Shown here piece by piece: positions 32,074 through 43,178 of a stretch of DNA of 64,000 nt. Both the position numbers and the translations under genes were made by a program. Under the pieces are notes generated by a model. It did no database searches, was not told the DNA's origin, and was given only the letters and a program-made list of their open reading frames with translations. The stretch is from Opitutales bacterium (GTDB taxonomy: Bacteria; Verrucomicrobiota; Verrucomicrobiia; Opitutales; UBA2987): the NCBI GenBank assembly GCA_965226885.1, contig CBDDEL010000009.1, positions 128,001 through 192,000 on the forward strand, read 5' to 3'. The number at the start of each line of letters is the position of its first letter. Position 1 is the first letter of the stretch.

Positions 32074-32538
32074 ATGCCCAGAAAAAAAGCAGAAACGACT
32101 GAAGCATCCGAAGTGCGGGAGATTCCCACCATCAGTGAAGAACCCTCCGGCCTCGGTTCCATACAAATCAACCTCGCCGTCATTAAAAGCATTGTCCATA
32201 TGGCAGCCAAAGAAGTTGAAGGCGTTATAACCGTCGGCAAAGGCGGAATTGTGGACGATGTATCCAGCTTTATCAAAAAAGATTCCGGCTCCGGCATCCA
32301 CGTGGAGGAGGAAAACGACAGTTACTTCATAACTGTTCGCCTCATCCTCGCATTCGGCTACGAATTGGCCAAAACCGCCGATGAAGTACAACGGGCGGTG
32401 CGGGACCAGGTTTCCAGAATGACCAATAAGAACGTGGCCAAAGTCGATATCATGATTGAGGGCGTCAGAACCCCCGATAATACAAAACTGGATGTTCAGG
32501 ATGACGATATCGACATGTCGACCCACAATACCGATTGA
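32074..32538 (+). CDS. Asp23/Gls24 family envelope stress protein
   Basis: LG.I.I...VI..I...AA.EVEGV and VQ..V...V..MT pattern. Confidence 0.88.
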   Translation: MPRKKAETTEASEVREIPTISEEPSGLGSIQINLAVIKSIVHMAAKEVEGVITVGKGGIVDDVSSFIKKDSGSGIHVEEENDSYFITVRLILAFGYELAKTADEVQRAVRDQVSRMTNKNVAKVDIMIEGVRTPDNTKLDVQDDDIDMSTHNTD

Positions 32539-32574
32539 TTCCAGATCGGTAGTTAAGAATTTTCAGTCACAACA

Positions 32575-33093
32575 ATGGAATTAATCCAGAACGCGCTCAA
32601 CCACATTTGGACCGGTCCTTATCCCTGGATTGGCGGCGGCACCCTGTTGCTATTACTTGCCATGTGGCTGCGGGCCTGCCACCAGCCTGCCGCCATTGTC
32701 GCTTTCGACAATCCGGACGGGCAGGTAAAAGTTTCCCGCAACGCCATCAACGAGCTGGCCCAAAGCGCTACCGACGACATGAGCGAAGTTGCCAAATGCG
32801 TTACCCGCATCCAAACCCGCGGGGGGCACCTAAACGTTCAATTACGGATCAAAATGGTGGCCGGAAGCAATTTAAGCGAAGTTTCCCTTGCTATGCAAAA
32901 CCGGGTCAAAAATTCGTTGCGCAACAGTCTCGGGATTGAGAAACTGGGCTCTATCGAAGTTCGCCTGACCGGTTTTATAGGCCAAAACAAACCGGCCTAC
33001 CTGCATACCGAACACACTCCCCAATCAGTCGAGACGGAATCCGTTGAAGAATCGACCATAGAGGAGACCCTTGAAGAAAAAAAAGAAGAATAG
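32575..33093 (+). CDS. AmaP-like membrane-anchored Asp23-fold protein
   Basis: N-terminal TM, G.V.VS..AI, Q..VK..L...LG pattern; follows asp23. Confidence 0.6.
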   Translation: MELIQNALNHIWTGPYPWIGGGTLLLLLAMWLRACHQPAAIVAFDNPDGQVKVSRNAINELAQSATDDMSEVAKCVTRIQTRGGHLNVQLRIKMVAGSNLSEVSLAMQNRVKNSLRNSLGIEKLGSIEVRLTGFIGQNKPAYLHTEHTPQSVETESVEESTIEETLEEKKEE

Positions 33094-33164
33094 GGGTCTT
33101 GAGACAGGCCATTTATTTAGTCGGCCCTTTTTCTTGTACCTCACTCGCTGATATATTATCCTCA

Positions 33165-34430
33165 TTATTGAGGAACCTCCCAGTTATCGGTTCGAAACGG
33201 GACTGCGGGAAGACCTTCCCGATTGACAAGGTTGGGTTCTGCCAACTCGTGAAATCCGAATCGCACCGCCACCGGGAATTCGACTTTTTCGCTCATCACG
33301 ACAACTTCATTACCTTCGATCTTTGCCTTTGCGAGGTAAAACCGCCGATCCTGGCCCGCAATTTCAAACCAGTTGAGTTCTTCTCCATCTCTTGATTGCA
33401 ATCCCCCGCCTGTTTTATCAAAGAGAATGCGCATCCGGTCCTTTTCCACGCGCTGGGATTGATAACGGGGACCAGAGATAACAAGACCGGCCCTGCCATA
33501 GGTTTTGGCCAAGGCAAGTTGACCCAGGCGATGCCCAACCGTCTCTTTGTTGACGGGGTGAATATCATCCAGGTTTCCGACGTCGGTAATGGTCACCATG
33601 CCAGTATTGGGAAGGGCGAGTGCTTTCGCTTGGGCCTCCCAAATCAGAGGTAAATCCAAAGGCCTGGGATTGAATTGTGAGTAATTAAAGGGAGCGAGTT
33701 GCACAAAATAAAATGGAAAATCTCCCTGTTTCCAAATGTTTCTCCAACCGCGAATGAGCGCTTGAAATTTCTCCGTGTAGTCTAGCCTGTCTTTACGATT
33801 TGACTCTCCTTGATACCAGATTACTCCACCTATGGAAAAGGGAACCAGAGGGTGTATCATACCGTTGTAAAGACTAGTATTAACTCTTTGCAAGTATGGT
33901 ACCTGTGGCTTCCCCGGAGCCTGCCTTCCCTCTGTCAGGGCTTGTGTCTTTTCCTTTTCCCAATTTAATAAGACGCTTCCGTATTCACGCATTGATTCTT
34001 CATAGACATTTATACCTTCTTCGATCGTGGAAAGAAAATCATCCCGCGCTTCCCCTTCCGGATAGCCCGATGGCGGCGTCCACGGTTCAATCTTGGTCCC
34101 CCCCCAGGAACTATGGATTAATCCCACTGGAACCCCCAATTCGAGGTGAATTTCGCGACCGAAATAGAATGCAACCGCCGAAAAATCGGGGGATGTCTCG
34201 GGGTTTGAACGACTCCAATGCCCTATCACATCACTGACGGGGTAACGAGTCGCGTTAATCTCCACAGAAAACAATCGTAAATCGGGAATATCAGAGTTGC
34301 CAATGGCCTTATCTCCATTTTTTGACAACTTCAACAACCACCACATGTTTGACTGCCCCGAACAAACCCAGACTTCTCCCACCAAAACGTCATTTCGAGT
34401 AATTTCCTCATTTCGCCCAACGATCTCTAG
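33165..34430 (-). pseudogene. Sialate O-acetylesterase (SGNH) family, 5'-truncated by IS1380
   Basis: VGEVWVCSGQSNM, WYQGESN, DIHP motifs; frame begins at the IS junction with no N-terminus. Confidence 0.85.
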
Positions 34431-35254
34431 CCCGGATATTTCGTAAAAAAAGTATCGTTGATATGCTTAACTGCTGATATACAGCAGGATAGATCAATAA
34501 TTAAAGCAATATCAGCGATGACAAAAGGTAAACAATTAAAGCTACAGTTGACAAGGGTAAAAGGCCGCCGTGTGCGGGTTGATTTCAAGGGCGGAGAGGT
34601 TACTTCGGATGCCGGACTGCTTTTGATCCGGGAAGTGGATCGGCAGTTGGGCTTGACCGAACGAGCGGCCCGACAGTTAGTGGACAAACGGCAGAAGGGC
34701 AAAGTACGCCATGAGGTCTTGGGGATGCTGCGGCAGCGCGTTTACGGGCTGGTGGCGGGCTATGAGGATTTGAACGACTTTGATACCCTGCGCCACGATC
34801 CATTGTTGCAAACGGTAACGGGGCGCATTGAAACGTTGGCCAGCGCGCCGACTTTGTGTCGTTTTGAAAACGGGCAGGATCGGCGGGCGGCCTTTGCGGT
34901 AAACGAGCTGTTGGTCGAACAGTTCATGGGCTCCTTTGCCGAGGAACCCGAAGAGATCATCCTGGACTTTGACGCCACCGACAAACCGGTGCACGGGCTC
35001 CAGGAGGGACGTTTTTTCCACGGTTATTATGATCATTACTGTTTTCTGCCGCTATATGTTTTTTGCGGTGATCAGCTGCTGGTGGCCTACCTGCGGCCGA
35101 GCAAGATCGATGCCAGCAAGCATGCCGGGGCCATCCTCAAATTGCTGGTTAAACGGATTCGCCAAAGCTGGCCCCGTACGCGGATTATCTGGCGCGCCGA
35201 CAGTGGATTTTGTCGAGACCGGATACTCTCTTGGTGCGACCGCAACGAAGTTAG
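34431..35254 (+). mobile_element. IS1380 copy 2, 5' 824 bp only
   Basis: Near-identical to 8538-9361; breaks at an internal TTAG. Confidence 0.92.
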
Positions 35255-35327
35255 CCCGGATATTTCGTAAAAAAAGTATCGTTGATATGCTTAACTGCTG
35301 ATATACAGCAGGATAGATCAATAATTA
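35255..35327 (+). mobile_element. IS1380 copy 3, left 73 bp only
   Basis: CCCGGATATTTCG... restarts directly after the internal TTAG and is cut by IS1. Confidence 0.92.
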
Positions 35328-36129
35328 GGTAGTGTATAAAAAAAGAATGTTATTTTGTATTTTTAGCTGTACAAATAGCGTTAGGCAGCTTATTCTTAGT
35401 GCATGGTTACTAAAATTATTAATTGTCGGCACTGTGGAAGTGAAAATATCATTAAATTTGGCAAGACGCCCAACCATAAACAGCGCTACCGCTGCCATGA
35501 TTGTGGTAAACAAAGCCGCGAAAACCCCACAGTGAAATACACCGAAGAGCAAAAAGAAATGATCCTTCGAGTCTATCAGGAACGCAGCAGTCTACGCGGT
35601 TTACAGCGCGCCTTCGGGGTGAGTCCCAACACCGTTTTGAGTTGGTTAAAAAAAACGACAATCGCTGCGACCGCTCAAAAGCACGATTCTTGCGGCCCGC
35701 CGCCATGATGTCATTGAACTGGACGAACTGTGGTCTTTTGTGGGGCGCAAGAGCGATGCCTAATGGGTTTGGATCGCTCTTTGCCGACGCACCCGTCAAA
35801 TCCTCTCCTATGCCATTGGGCCTCGGGATTGGTATCGTTGCCGGGAACTTTACGAGCGTCTGCCACGGGCCTACAAAAGATGTGCCACCTACAGCGACTT
35901 TTGGAGCACTTATGATGAAGTCTTTCCTCATAACCGATCCGTGGGAAAAGAAACCGGTGAAACGGCCCATGTGGAACGATGGAACAATACCCTGCGCCAA
36001 CGACTGGGTCGTTTCACACGCAAAACCCTCTCCTTTTCCAAGCTTAAGAGTATGCATGAAACCTGTCTGAGACTTTTCATTCATCAATATAATCAAGAAT
36101 TAGCCACCATTCCTACTTAATACACTACC
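35328..36129 (+). mobile_element. IS1-family copy 2 with nonsense mutation in insB
   Basis: Same 802-bp element; CAA->TAA at 35761-35763. Confidence 0.93.
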
Positions 36130-37460
36130 GAATATTCCTATCCCCTATCCCAATTGGATACTCATGTCGTTGCATTGGATGCCGCCACGGGCCGCGAAAT
36201 CTGGAAATCAAGCAGGGGGATTATCGCCGCGGCGAGACCCTGACGGCGGCTCCACTGGTGATTAAAGACAAAGTCATTACGGGGATCAGCGGCGGTGAGT
36301 TCGGGGTGCGCGGTTTTTTGACCGCCAATGATGTTCGCACGGGAAAACAGATATGGCGCATGTACAGCACCGGACCGGAAGATGAGGTCGGCTTTCCCGG
36401 GTCGATTGAAACCTGGAAGGGAGATGAGTGGAAACGGGGAGGCGGCACCACCTGGGGCTGGTACACTTATGACCCGGAACTGGATTTACTCTACTACGAC
36501 GGAACCGGCAATCCCGGCGCCTGGAATCCAGACCAGCGCCCCGGCGATAACAAGTGGTCGATGTCAATTTTTGCCCGCAATCCTGACACGGGAATAGCCA
36601 AATGGGCCTACCAGAAAACTCCGCACGACGCCTGGGATTATGATGGCGTCAATGAAAACATACTCGTTGACCTGAAAATAGGAGGCGAGTTGCGCAAAGT
36701 CCTGGTAAATTTTGATCGCAACGGATTCGGCTATACGATGGACCGGGTTACGGGCGAACTGCTGGTGGCGGAACCCTTTGTCTTTGTCAATTGGGCCAAA
36801 GGGATCGATCTGGAAACGGGTCGCCCCATTGAAGATCCCACAAAACGCACCACCGCCAAACGCAACACCAAGAACATCGCCCCGGCCGCCATTGGAGGCA
36901 AGGATCAGCAGCCTGCGGCTTACTCCCCTCGCACGGGTCTATTCTATGTGCCTACCAATAACATCAAGATGGATTACGAAGGAGTTGAAGTGAAATACCA
37001 GGCCGGCCAGCCCTATGTGGGGGCAATTGTGCGGATGATGCCCGGGCCGGGAGGCAACCGAGGCGAGTTTCTGGCCTGGGACGCCACCAAGGGCTAGAAA
37101 GTCTGGGGCATCAAGGAGAATCTGGCAGCTTATGGCGGCGCTTTGGCTACGGGAGGAGATGTTGTTTTCTACGGCACCATGGAAGGGTGGCTGAAGGGGG
37201 TGGACGCTAACACAGGTAAAGTTCTGTGGAAGTTTAAGACTCCTTCAGGCATAATCGGCGCTCCCATGACTTATCAAGGTCCTGACGGCAGACAATATGT
37301 AGCCATTCTTTCCGGAATTGGAGGATGGGCGAGCATTGGCGCCGCTGCCGGGATCGGGGCGGAAGATCCCACCGCCGGCCTGGGCGCATTGGGCGCGTTT
37401 GGCGATGTCAGCGATATCAGCAACCTGGGTGGTGTGTTGACCGTTTTTGCACTGCGTTGA
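36130..37460 (+). pseudogene. xoxF: PQQ-dependent methanol dehydrogenase, XoxF (lanthanide) type, inactivated
   Basis: [49 protein letters not shown]; 5' end lost, 7-bp duplication 36137-36150, 1-bp frameshift near 36207, TAG at 37095-37097. Confidence 0.85.
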
Positions 37461-37512
37461 TCCCGTTGAAGCATCGGCCAATGGTTCTGTAGAACAGCAG
37501 AAAGTCGTTATT

Positions 37513-38346
37513 ATGTACCGTTATTTCTGTTCTGTTATCCACCCGGTTTTGGTTGCGGCGGTTTTCATGGCCATTCCTGCTGGACTGGCGGCGGAAGATT
37601 CCGAACCTCTCAAGGTTGCTTCCGATCCGAACAATATGCCCCTTTCGCACCGTGATCTTGGAGGATTCGAAAACAAGATAGCGGAATTGATTGCAAAGGA
37701 TATGGGTGCTAATGTGCAATACACCTGGTGGGGGCAAAGACGGGGGTTTATCCGCAACACACTGAAAGCAACGCTAAATGAAGCCCGTGCCGATATTGTC
37801 CTGGGTGTGCCCAAGGGGTATGATATGGTCAGTTTGACTCGTCCCTATTACCGTTCGACTTACGTATTTGTTTATCCCGAAAGCAGCGGATATTCCATCA
37901 AGTCACTGGATGATCCGATCTTGAAGGAACTTAAAATCGGTGTTCACCTTCTCGGCGACGATTATATGAATCCTCCGCCTGTTCACGAATTGGGCCGGCG
38001 CGGTATCGTGGACAAGGTTGTCGGCTTTAATACTTTTTACACCGAAGAAAACCACCCCGGAAAGATTATCGAGGCGGTGGTTTCAGGCGAGGTTGATTTG
38101 GCTATCGTGTGGGGTCCGCTGGCGGGGTATTATACGGCCCATCAGACCGAGCCTCTGTTAATGGTTCCAATTCCGTCCGGGGTCGACGATTTGCCGTTTG
38201 CCTTTGATATCTGTATGGGGATCCGGCATGGAGAGAAAGAATTGAAGTCTCGCCTGGAGGCCGCTCTTGAGCGCAAACATGATGAAATTGAAAAGATACT
38301 CGTAGAATATGGGGTTCCGCTCCTACCAATTGAATCAACGAATTGA
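37513..38346 (+). CDS. xoxJ: XoxJ/MxaJ-like periplasmic protein
   Basis: DPNNMPLS, GFENKIAELIA, QRRGFIRNTL, PYYRSTYVFV, WGPLAGY. Confidence 0.88.
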   Translation: MYRYFCSVIHPVLVAAVFMAIPAGLAAEDSEPLKVASDPNNMPLSHRDLGGFENKIAELIAKDMGANVQYTWWGQRRGFIRNTLKATLNEARADIVLGVPKGYDMVSLTRPYYRSTYVFVYPESSGYSIKSLDDPILKELKIGVHLLGDDYMNPPPVHELGRRGIVDKVVGFNTFYTEENHPGKIIEAVVSGEVDLAIVWGPLAGYYTAHQTEPLLMVPIPSGVDDLPFAFDICMGIRHGEKELKSRLEAALERKHDEIEKILVEYGVPLLPIESTN

Positions 38347-38393
38347 AGAACAAAAATAACCGCCAAAGCACTCAGTGCGGTATTGATGCTTTT

Positions 38394-38909
38394 ATGATTA
38401 AGGTAAAGAACCGGAAACGAAAAAAATTCCTGATAGGACTCTTATTGTTTCTGATTCTGGGCACACTGGCCGAACCCGAAGATTCTGCAGCAACAGTAGC
38501 CATACCCACTCAGGAAGAGATCTATGACCGTATCTACAACGGCTGGAAATGGTATCATGTTTATTGTTTCCGCTGCCACGGGATGGACGCAATCGGCAGT
38601 AATCTGGCCCCCAATCTACGCCGGTCGATCGGTGTCCTGTCTTCTGATGAATTCATCATCACGGTTCGCGAAGGTCGTCTGGAAAAAGGTATGCAATCCT
38701 GGAAGGTCTTGTTGGACGACGATCAAATTGCTGATATATATTATTATGTGCGAGCGAGAAGTGATAAAGTCCTTCCCTCTGGACGTCCCGACGAACTTGG
38801 TGAATTTGGCGACGAATTGTGGGTGCCTACTGAGGAATGGATACAGAAACTATTCACTGACACCGACTCCTCGGCCGAAAATCAACCTGCTCCGAAAGGC
38901 GAGTCTTAA
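38394..38909 (+). CDS. Monoheme c-type cytochrome (XoxG-like electron acceptor)
   Basis: Signal peptide, CFRCH, distal Met (KGMQSW), position after xoxJ. Confidence 0.78.
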   Translation: MIKVKNRKRKKFLIGLLLFLILGTLAEPEDSAATVAIPTQEEIYDRIYNGWKWYHVYCFRCHGMDAIGSNLAPNLRRSIGVLSSDEFIITVREGRLEKGMQSWKVLLDDDQIADIYYYVRARSDKVLPSGRPDELGEFGDELWVPTEEWIQKLFTDTDSSAENQPAPKGES

Positions 38910-38950
38910 GGTTTGTTGATGGGTTTTACAGTGAAACTCTGGGTGGCTTA

Positions 38951-40237
38951 ATGGTGAATGCACGACAGGCTTGCACACGTCGAGGTTTTCTCCAGGCCGT
39001 TGGCGCCGGATTCCTGGCCTCTTTAGGCAGGGGCGCAAGAGGGGCTGAAACGGCGGCGTCTGAAATCCCCGTAGCTATTCCTATCGGATACCTGGCCTCG
39101 CGTGGCAGAAGTCAGGCGAAATCACTATCCGCAGAAAAGATGGGGGCGCTTTTGGCGCTCGATGAGGCTAATGTCCTGGCCGGTTTATTCGGGAAAAAAT
39201 TTGCCCTTCTAAACGAAGAAACCGATAGCGATCAGGAGACAGCCGCATTGGCTCGTTACTTGATTGAAGATCGCCATGTCGCTGCCATAATAAGCAATCT
39301 CGATACGCAATCGACAAAAGATATCGGTGCTTTAACTCAAGAACTGAGAACGCCCTTTTTCAACTGTGCGTCACCATCGAATATACTTCGGGGAAAACAT
39401 GGTCATCGGTTCAGTTTTCATACCGTGCCTAGCGAGAGCATGTATTTGCAAGTTGTCGGCGACTGGCTGCTGGAAGAAAAAACTCTGACCAACTGGTTCG
39501 TGCTGAACGATTCAAGCGAGGCCGGCCGGTCAGCCTCTGCTGCTACAAAAAGCTTCCTGAAATCTGCCCATGGCACACTGGCCGGCGCTCTTGAGATCCC
39601 CTCCCATAACATGAACATGGATTTCAAGCCTGTGCTGAACTCGATTGGTGAAAAGAAGCCGGAGGTTCTTTTTCTCTGCCTGCAGGGAGATGTTTTGCAT
39701 CGTTTTTTGGAACAGTTTATCGAAATGCCTTTGCCGCTGCAACTTGCCGGGGCAACTCTGAATATCAAAAGATGGTGGAATGCTCCCAGCCTTCCTGCAT
39801 TCGGAAGTATTTGGCCGACAGCATGGCACTATGGGTTGTTTCGCTACAGCGCGCGGGAGCTGAATTCTCGTTTTACGAAACAATTCGATGAATCGATGGA
39901 AACCTCGGCCTGGGCGAACTGGTCGGCAGTTAAGCTGATTACCGAGGCGATCATCCGAACGGGGATAACGGATGGTGATTCGCTCGTTGGATATTTAGAA
40001 AATCAGACATCCTTTGACGGCCATAAAGGCATCGCGCTGACGTTCAGTTCCAGGAATCATCAACTTGCCCAGCCGCTTTACCTGGTGACACCGCGCAAGA
40101 CCCCGGGCGAGAGGCCATTGGATATATTTGAGGTTATGGCGCCCGTTGATGGGATCAAGATGTATAGGCATGTCGATCCCTTTGACAAAATGGGAGAATC
40201 CGAACAAGATGAATCTGGTAAACTGGAACCGTTTTGA
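38951..40237 (+). CDS. Tat-exported ABC-type substrate-binding protein (PQQ-catabolism associated)
   Basis: TRRGFL twin-arginine motif; W......SARELN.RF and FDGHKG..L.F...NHQL.QP. Confidence 0.75.
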   Translation: MVNARQACTRRGFLQAVGAGFLASLGRGARGAETAASEIPVAIPIGYLASRGRSQAKSLSAEKMGALLALDEANVLAGLFGKKFALLNEETDSDQETAALARYLIEDRHVAAIISNLDTQSTKDIGALTQELRTPFFNCASPSNILRGKHGHRFSFHTVPSESMYLQVVGDWLLEEKTLTNWFVLNDSSEAGRSASAATKSFLKSAHGTLAGALEIPSHNMNMDFKPVLNSIGEKKPEVLFLCLQGDVLHRFLEQFIEMPLPLQLAGATLNIKRWWNAPSLPAFGSIWPTAWHYGLFRYSARELNSRFTKQFDESMETSAWANWSAVKLITEAIIRTGITDGDSLVGYLENQTSFDGHKGIALTFSSRNHQLAQPLYLVTPRKTPGERPLDIFEVMAPVDGIKMYRHVDPFDKMGESEQDESGKLEPF

Positions 40238-40308
40238 AATAGAGTTGGCGCACCTCAGGCAACAGATCGATATTTCATGTTCAAGACCGCATCAACCCCG
40301 AAATTTTT

Positions 40309-41262
40309 ATGCAATTCATATTTTTGGTTCTCTGTTTAGGGCTCTTTCAGGTAACGTCGCTCGGTGGTTCTTTGGCCTATGTGACTAATGAATATGACGA
40401 TACCATCACCATAATCGAGACAACAACCGATAGTGTAGTTGCCACCATTCCAGTAGGTCAGCGCCCGAGAGGGCTCGGGTTGAGCCCGGACGGAAAATTT
40501 CTGTATCTCGCTTTAGGTCGTGAAGATGCTATTGGCGTCATTGATACGGCAACCCGCAAGGTCGTCAAAAAGTTCGCCTGTGGGAGTGATCCTGAAACTT
40601 TCTCTGTCAGTCCAGACGGATCTCGCCTCTATATCTCAAACGAAGACGCCAATACGGCAACCGTCCTCGATAGCCATAGCGGAGAAATCCTTACCACCAT
40701 ACCCGTGGGTATCGAACCCGAAGGGGTGACCGTCAGCCCGGACGGACGCTGGGTATACGTCGCCGCCGAAACCACCCATACCATCTCGGTCATCGACACA
40801 CAGTCCATGAAGGCAGTCCATACCTTCCTGGTCGGCAGCCGGCCTCGTGAGTCTGCCTTCAGTCCCGATGGATTGCGCGCCTATGTGACTTCCGAAATCG
40901 GTGGAACTGTGTCGGTGGTCGATACGCGAGAGCATAAAGTCATTGACACTGTGAGCCTGCAAATCGAGGGCGTATTCGTCAAACCGAAGGGTGTGATTGT
41001 AACCCCGGACAACACCAAGATTTATGTAGCCTTGGGGAGCGCTAATAATGTAGCCGTCATCTCTGTTCAGACCTTAGAGGTGTTGAAGTACATACCCGTT
41101 GGCAAACGCGTTTGGGGTTTGGCGCTCACTGCGGATGGCAAGAAGCTTTACAACGCCAACGGCGCATCGCACCATATATCCGTAATCGACACGGAAAGCG
41201 ATTCGGTGATTGCCACGATCCCTACAGGCAAAGGGCCGTGGGGCATCGCCATAAGTAAGTAA
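40309..41262 (+). CDS. YVTN beta-propeller repeat protein (PQQ-catabolism associated)
   Basis: AYVTNE and repeated IPVG..P.G...SPDG blades. Confidence 0.88.
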   Translation: MQFIFLVLCLGLFQVTSLGGSLAYVTNEYDDTITIIETTTDSVVATIPVGQRPRGLGLSPDGKFLYLALGREDAIGVIDTATRKVVKKFACGSDPETFSVSPDGSRLYISNEDANTATVLDSHSGEILTTIPVGIEPEGVTVSPDGRWVYVAAETTHTISVIDTQSMKAVHTFLVGSRPRESAFSPDGLRAYVTSEIGGTVSVVDTREHKVIDTVSLQIEGVFVKPKGVIVTPDNTKIYVALGSANNVAVISVQTLEVLKYIPVGKRVWGLALTADGKKLYNANGASHHISVIDTESDSVIATIPTGKGPWGIAISK

Positions 41263-41300
41263 TTAAGTAAACAGATCGCAAAATCCCACTGGTCCAAACT

Positions 41301-41361
41301 ATGCCCAATTCTCAACAGCCTGGAAATGTGCGGATCATCCTTTGTGCCAGCCTCATACTTA
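41301..41361 (+). pseudogene. Probable 5' stub of the next exported-protein gene, cut by IS
   Basis: MPNSQQPGNVRIILCASLIL runs into the IS end. Confidence 0.4.
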
Positions 41362-43178
41362 GAGGCTGTCCCAAAAGGGTGATTTTTGCGAGGGCTTTTG
41401 ATAGGCGCTCATTTTAGAGGTATTTGCATTTGGGAGAGTATCAACTTTGCTCTCCTATGACGTTAGGATACTGGTTTTGGGGTCCGGTTGCCTGGTTTTC
41501 TTTGTATGAGCCGACAGTACGGCTGTGAAAAAGTATTGTCCTTGCTTTTCCGCTCTCTAGGCCGCCGCTTTGGTTTTTAGTTCGTCTTGCTGGGCCAGCA
41601 TCTTGGCTACTTTCCATAGGTTGTGCGAGAGTACCGACCAGGCTACGCTGATCGAGCGGTTGGCAAAGCCTTTGCTGCGCAACCGCCCGGCCTGCCAGCG
41701 ATTCTTCAATACCCCGATCCGCCCTTCGGTGCTGGCCCGGCGCTTTTGCAATTGCCTGAACAGTGGTTCCTCCATCCGTTTTTTCAACTGCTTCGGATCG
41801 CGTGGACAGAGCGCGTCGTAGATTCCCTCCTGGGCTAACTGCCGGCGGGCCCGCTGGGAGGCAAATCCCCGGTCCGCGCACATGGCCGCTATGGGTTCTT
41901 CCAGGTTGAAGCGGTTCTGTCTTTGCAAACTCTCTTGCATTTGTTCATTTTCGCTTGGAGTTCGGCTGCCGTAGAGTTTCCAGTCCAGCAGGTACCCTTC
42001 AACGCTTTCTCCCAAAAACAGGGTGTTGCCGAACTCGACCTCTTGGCCCGCTTTACCTCGCACAATCACCTGCCCATCGAGTTCGTAAACACTCAAGACT
42101 TTCTCTGCGTTTTTCACCTGGCGGCCGCCAATGATCCGCTCGTGCGCCTGTTTGATGACCACCGGGATTTGCTCGCTCATGCGCTCCATCCGGGCGAGGA
42201 TCTGTTGGACCTGTTTTTCGCTGTAATCGCTTTGCTCCCAGCAGGCTTGCAATAATTCCCGGTGACTGCGGGCATGCTCCCCGATCCGTTTGAGCAGCTT
42301 TTTCATCTGCCTCAAGATACCCTTGCGCTGCCGCGCGCTGTCCTTTCGCCGCCGGCTGTGGGTCATCTGTATGCACAGCCGATTCATCTGCCGAGCCAAG
42401 GGCTCCGGTTCGATCGGCATGCGATGGCGCACACCGGCCTTCTCGCGGATCAGCCGGATCGCTTTGAGCAACGTGCCGGCTACATCCTTGAGTAATACCC
42501 AGTCCGTCGGCCAATGAATGTTAGCCTCCAAACAGGTGCCGTCGATCAGGCAAATGGTGGTGTCAATCGGCTTGTCCAATCCCACCTGCCGGGCCAGAAG
42601 GGCATCGCCCACCACCTCAGTCAAGGTCCGGTGCAAGGCCCTCAACTGCTCTTCGCTGAAAAACTTCGAGGCCCGCTCCAGGGTGCTTTTGGAGATGCCC
42701 CTGATGCCATCGATCTGCCGGACACGGCAAAAGTCGGCCAACAGATCGCTGCTGCCCAGAGCCCGCGACAAATGCCGAAACGAAATCCCTCCGAGCAGAC
42801 GGCCCAGCGTATCCATGCGCAGTGCCTTGATGGCAAAACTGGCCCGCTGCCGCCGGGCCTTTAGACCCATTGGCGGCCACCCCTCCAAGGCCAGCTCAAT
42901 GGCCTGCGATTCCACCTCCGAGTCGATCAGCAGCCGATCGATTCGATCAATGGTGGCGCGGAAGTTATCGTAATCGAGGCACCGGTCGACCACAGTTAAA
43001 GCTGGACGCAGGAGGCATTGGATGGCTATATTTTTCATAGAAAGGGCTATATTGATTTTCGCTAACTCAATTATAGAACCCTTTTTTGGCCGGATCGAGC
43101 AAAAACTTGCTCTTTCCGGCTCTTTTTATCAACGTCATTCAGTTGACTATAAAATCTTTATATTTTTGGGACAGCCTC
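41362..43178 (-). mobile_element. IS5-like/ISNCY copy 2 (1817 bp; transposase 41557-43038)
   Basis: Same IRs and 493-aa ORF; right end abuts TA inside an IS3 copy. Confidence 0.92.

Noticed and set aside
37095..37097. Pyrrolysine or stop-codon readthrough in xoxF
   Set aside because: The gene also has frameshifts and a 5' truncation, and no pyl genes are seen; simple nonsense mutation
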